Part shown: one piece after another, positions 63,124 through 64,000 of the stretch | How positions within the stretch are numbered: the first letter of the stretch is position 1 | How the letters are laid out: each line of letters begins with the position of its first letter | Source of the DNA: Paramoeba atlantica | Taxonomy: Eukaryota; Protista; Discosea | Direction: 5' to 3' | Assembly (NCBI GenBank): GCA_977017575.1 | Contig: CDRNVI010000170.1 | Span: 62,001-126,000 of the forward strand | Length of the DNA: 64,000 bases | The notes under the pieces: generated by a model | Database searches by the model: none | Seen by the model: only the letters and a program-made list of their open reading frames with translations | What the model was told of the DNA's origin: nothing | Translations under genes and position numbers: made by a program

Positions 63124-64000
63124 TCAAGCCCAACACTCTTTCTCAAGATGGCCAGGTTTCCCACAATTCCGGCAGTTTGTTGGTCTCCTTGGCTCTACAG
63201 GACCAGGGGCACAAAAATGGTTAAGCAGGGCTGAACCCTCCCTTGCAGCTCCAATATCAATCAGATTGGTTACAGAGATTCGTGGCTCAAAAAGGTAGTC
63301 ACTTCCACACAATAATTCCCAGAAGGGCTGATAACCTGGGAGAACTGCTTTTTCCAAAAGCTCCTTCGCCTCTCGAGAACGAGGATCTGTCCCTGAAGCT
63401 GCTACCAGCAGATTAAACTGATACCCAAATGCGTCGAGTCTCTCACTTGGCTTTTGCTGGAGACTTTTCAAAGCTTTCAAAATCACCAACTTCCACCTTG
63501 GACCTAGCAACTTTACTGGAACCAACGCGAGCAATTCACGGAATGGACGGTTTTCTCTCATCTTTAGAAACCCACTGATCAAACTGGGTGTGGCTTCGAA
63601 CAGATATCTCTTTCGATCAGGCTCTGGGACACATTGGTTCTCCATACAGGAATGGAAGCGAAAAACAAAATCGAGCAACTGGAAAATCGTGACTTTTTCT
63701 TGCAGTTTCGGCAAATCTTGGATTTGGGGCAGTCTTTTCTTGTCTTTTGGCTTTTGTTGTTTCTCTACCCCAATTACATCATAAGCCATCAAAGTACTTC
63801 TCAAGCTCGTCAACCTCCGGTTGACTAGTTCAACCCTCGCCCTTTCCATGGCTGACAAACTATCTTTCAACAAAAGAGCCGTATTCTCTTTTCGTAAAAC
63901 TCGACACTTCTCTTGAAGGGCCTCAGCCTCCTCAAAATCTTCCTCTTTCTCTACAGATTTGGAGGACTTCTGTACCGTCGAACTTGTACCCAGCGAACTC
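63124..64000 (-). CDS. gag: Gag (5' end beyond the window)
   Basis: Open frame to the window edge, ending CRNCGKPGHLEKECWA-TGA. Confidence 0.85.
   Translation of the reverse strand, partial: SSLGTSSTVQKSSKSVEKEEDFEEAEALQEKCRVLRKENTALLLKDSLSAMERARVELVNRRLTSLRSTLMAYDVIGVEKQQKPKDKKRLPQIQDLPKLQEKVTIFQLLDFVFRFHSCMENQCVPEPDRKRYLFEATPSLISGFLKMRENRPFRELLALVPVKLLGPRWKLVILKALKSLQQKPSERLDAFGYQFNLLVAASGTDPRSREAKELLEKAVLPGYQPFWELLCGSDYLFEPRISVTNLIDIGAAREGSALLNHFCAPGPVEPRRPTNCRNCGKPGHLEKECWA

Larger units (their letters stand above)
59185..64000 (-). mobile_element. Chromodomain-bearing Ty3/gypsy LTR retrotransposon (Skipper-like), 5' end beyond the window
   Basis: Domain order gag-PR-RT-RH-IN-chromodomain, with PPT and LTR. 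Confidence 0.93.

Overview
Eukaryotic, AT-rich and low-complexity genomic DNA. From recall, the 2.1-kb 18S rRNA resembles amoebozoan Paramoeba/Neoparamoeba-type sequences; this needs BLAST confirmation. The window is a Pol I/Pol III and mobile-element neighbourhood. It holds one complete rDNA unit on the minus strand (18S-5.8S-28S, 23.1-29.9 kb), an unlinked 5S gene, six apparently intact tRNA genes and five tRNA relics. Only two clear host genes are present: a tri-ubiquitin and a PB1/coiled-coil protein. Mobile DNA includes two copies of a CRE-clade (RLE-type) non-LTR retrotransposon, each about 45 bp from a Pol III gene; a Skipper-like chromodomain Ty3/gypsy element; two solo LTRs; decayed LINEs; and a Harbinger-like transposase relic. 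There is also a ~19-copy 193-bp satellite. The most unusual locus (7.65-9.22 kb) lies between tRNA-Ile and tRNA-Ser. It is an intact, intronless, stand-alone tyrosine recombinase gene bracketed by 26-bp inverted repeats. It is directly abutted by a 183-nt foldback whose three regularly spaced internal loops consist only of G·A oppositions. Coordinates were read by eye and may be off by a few bases.
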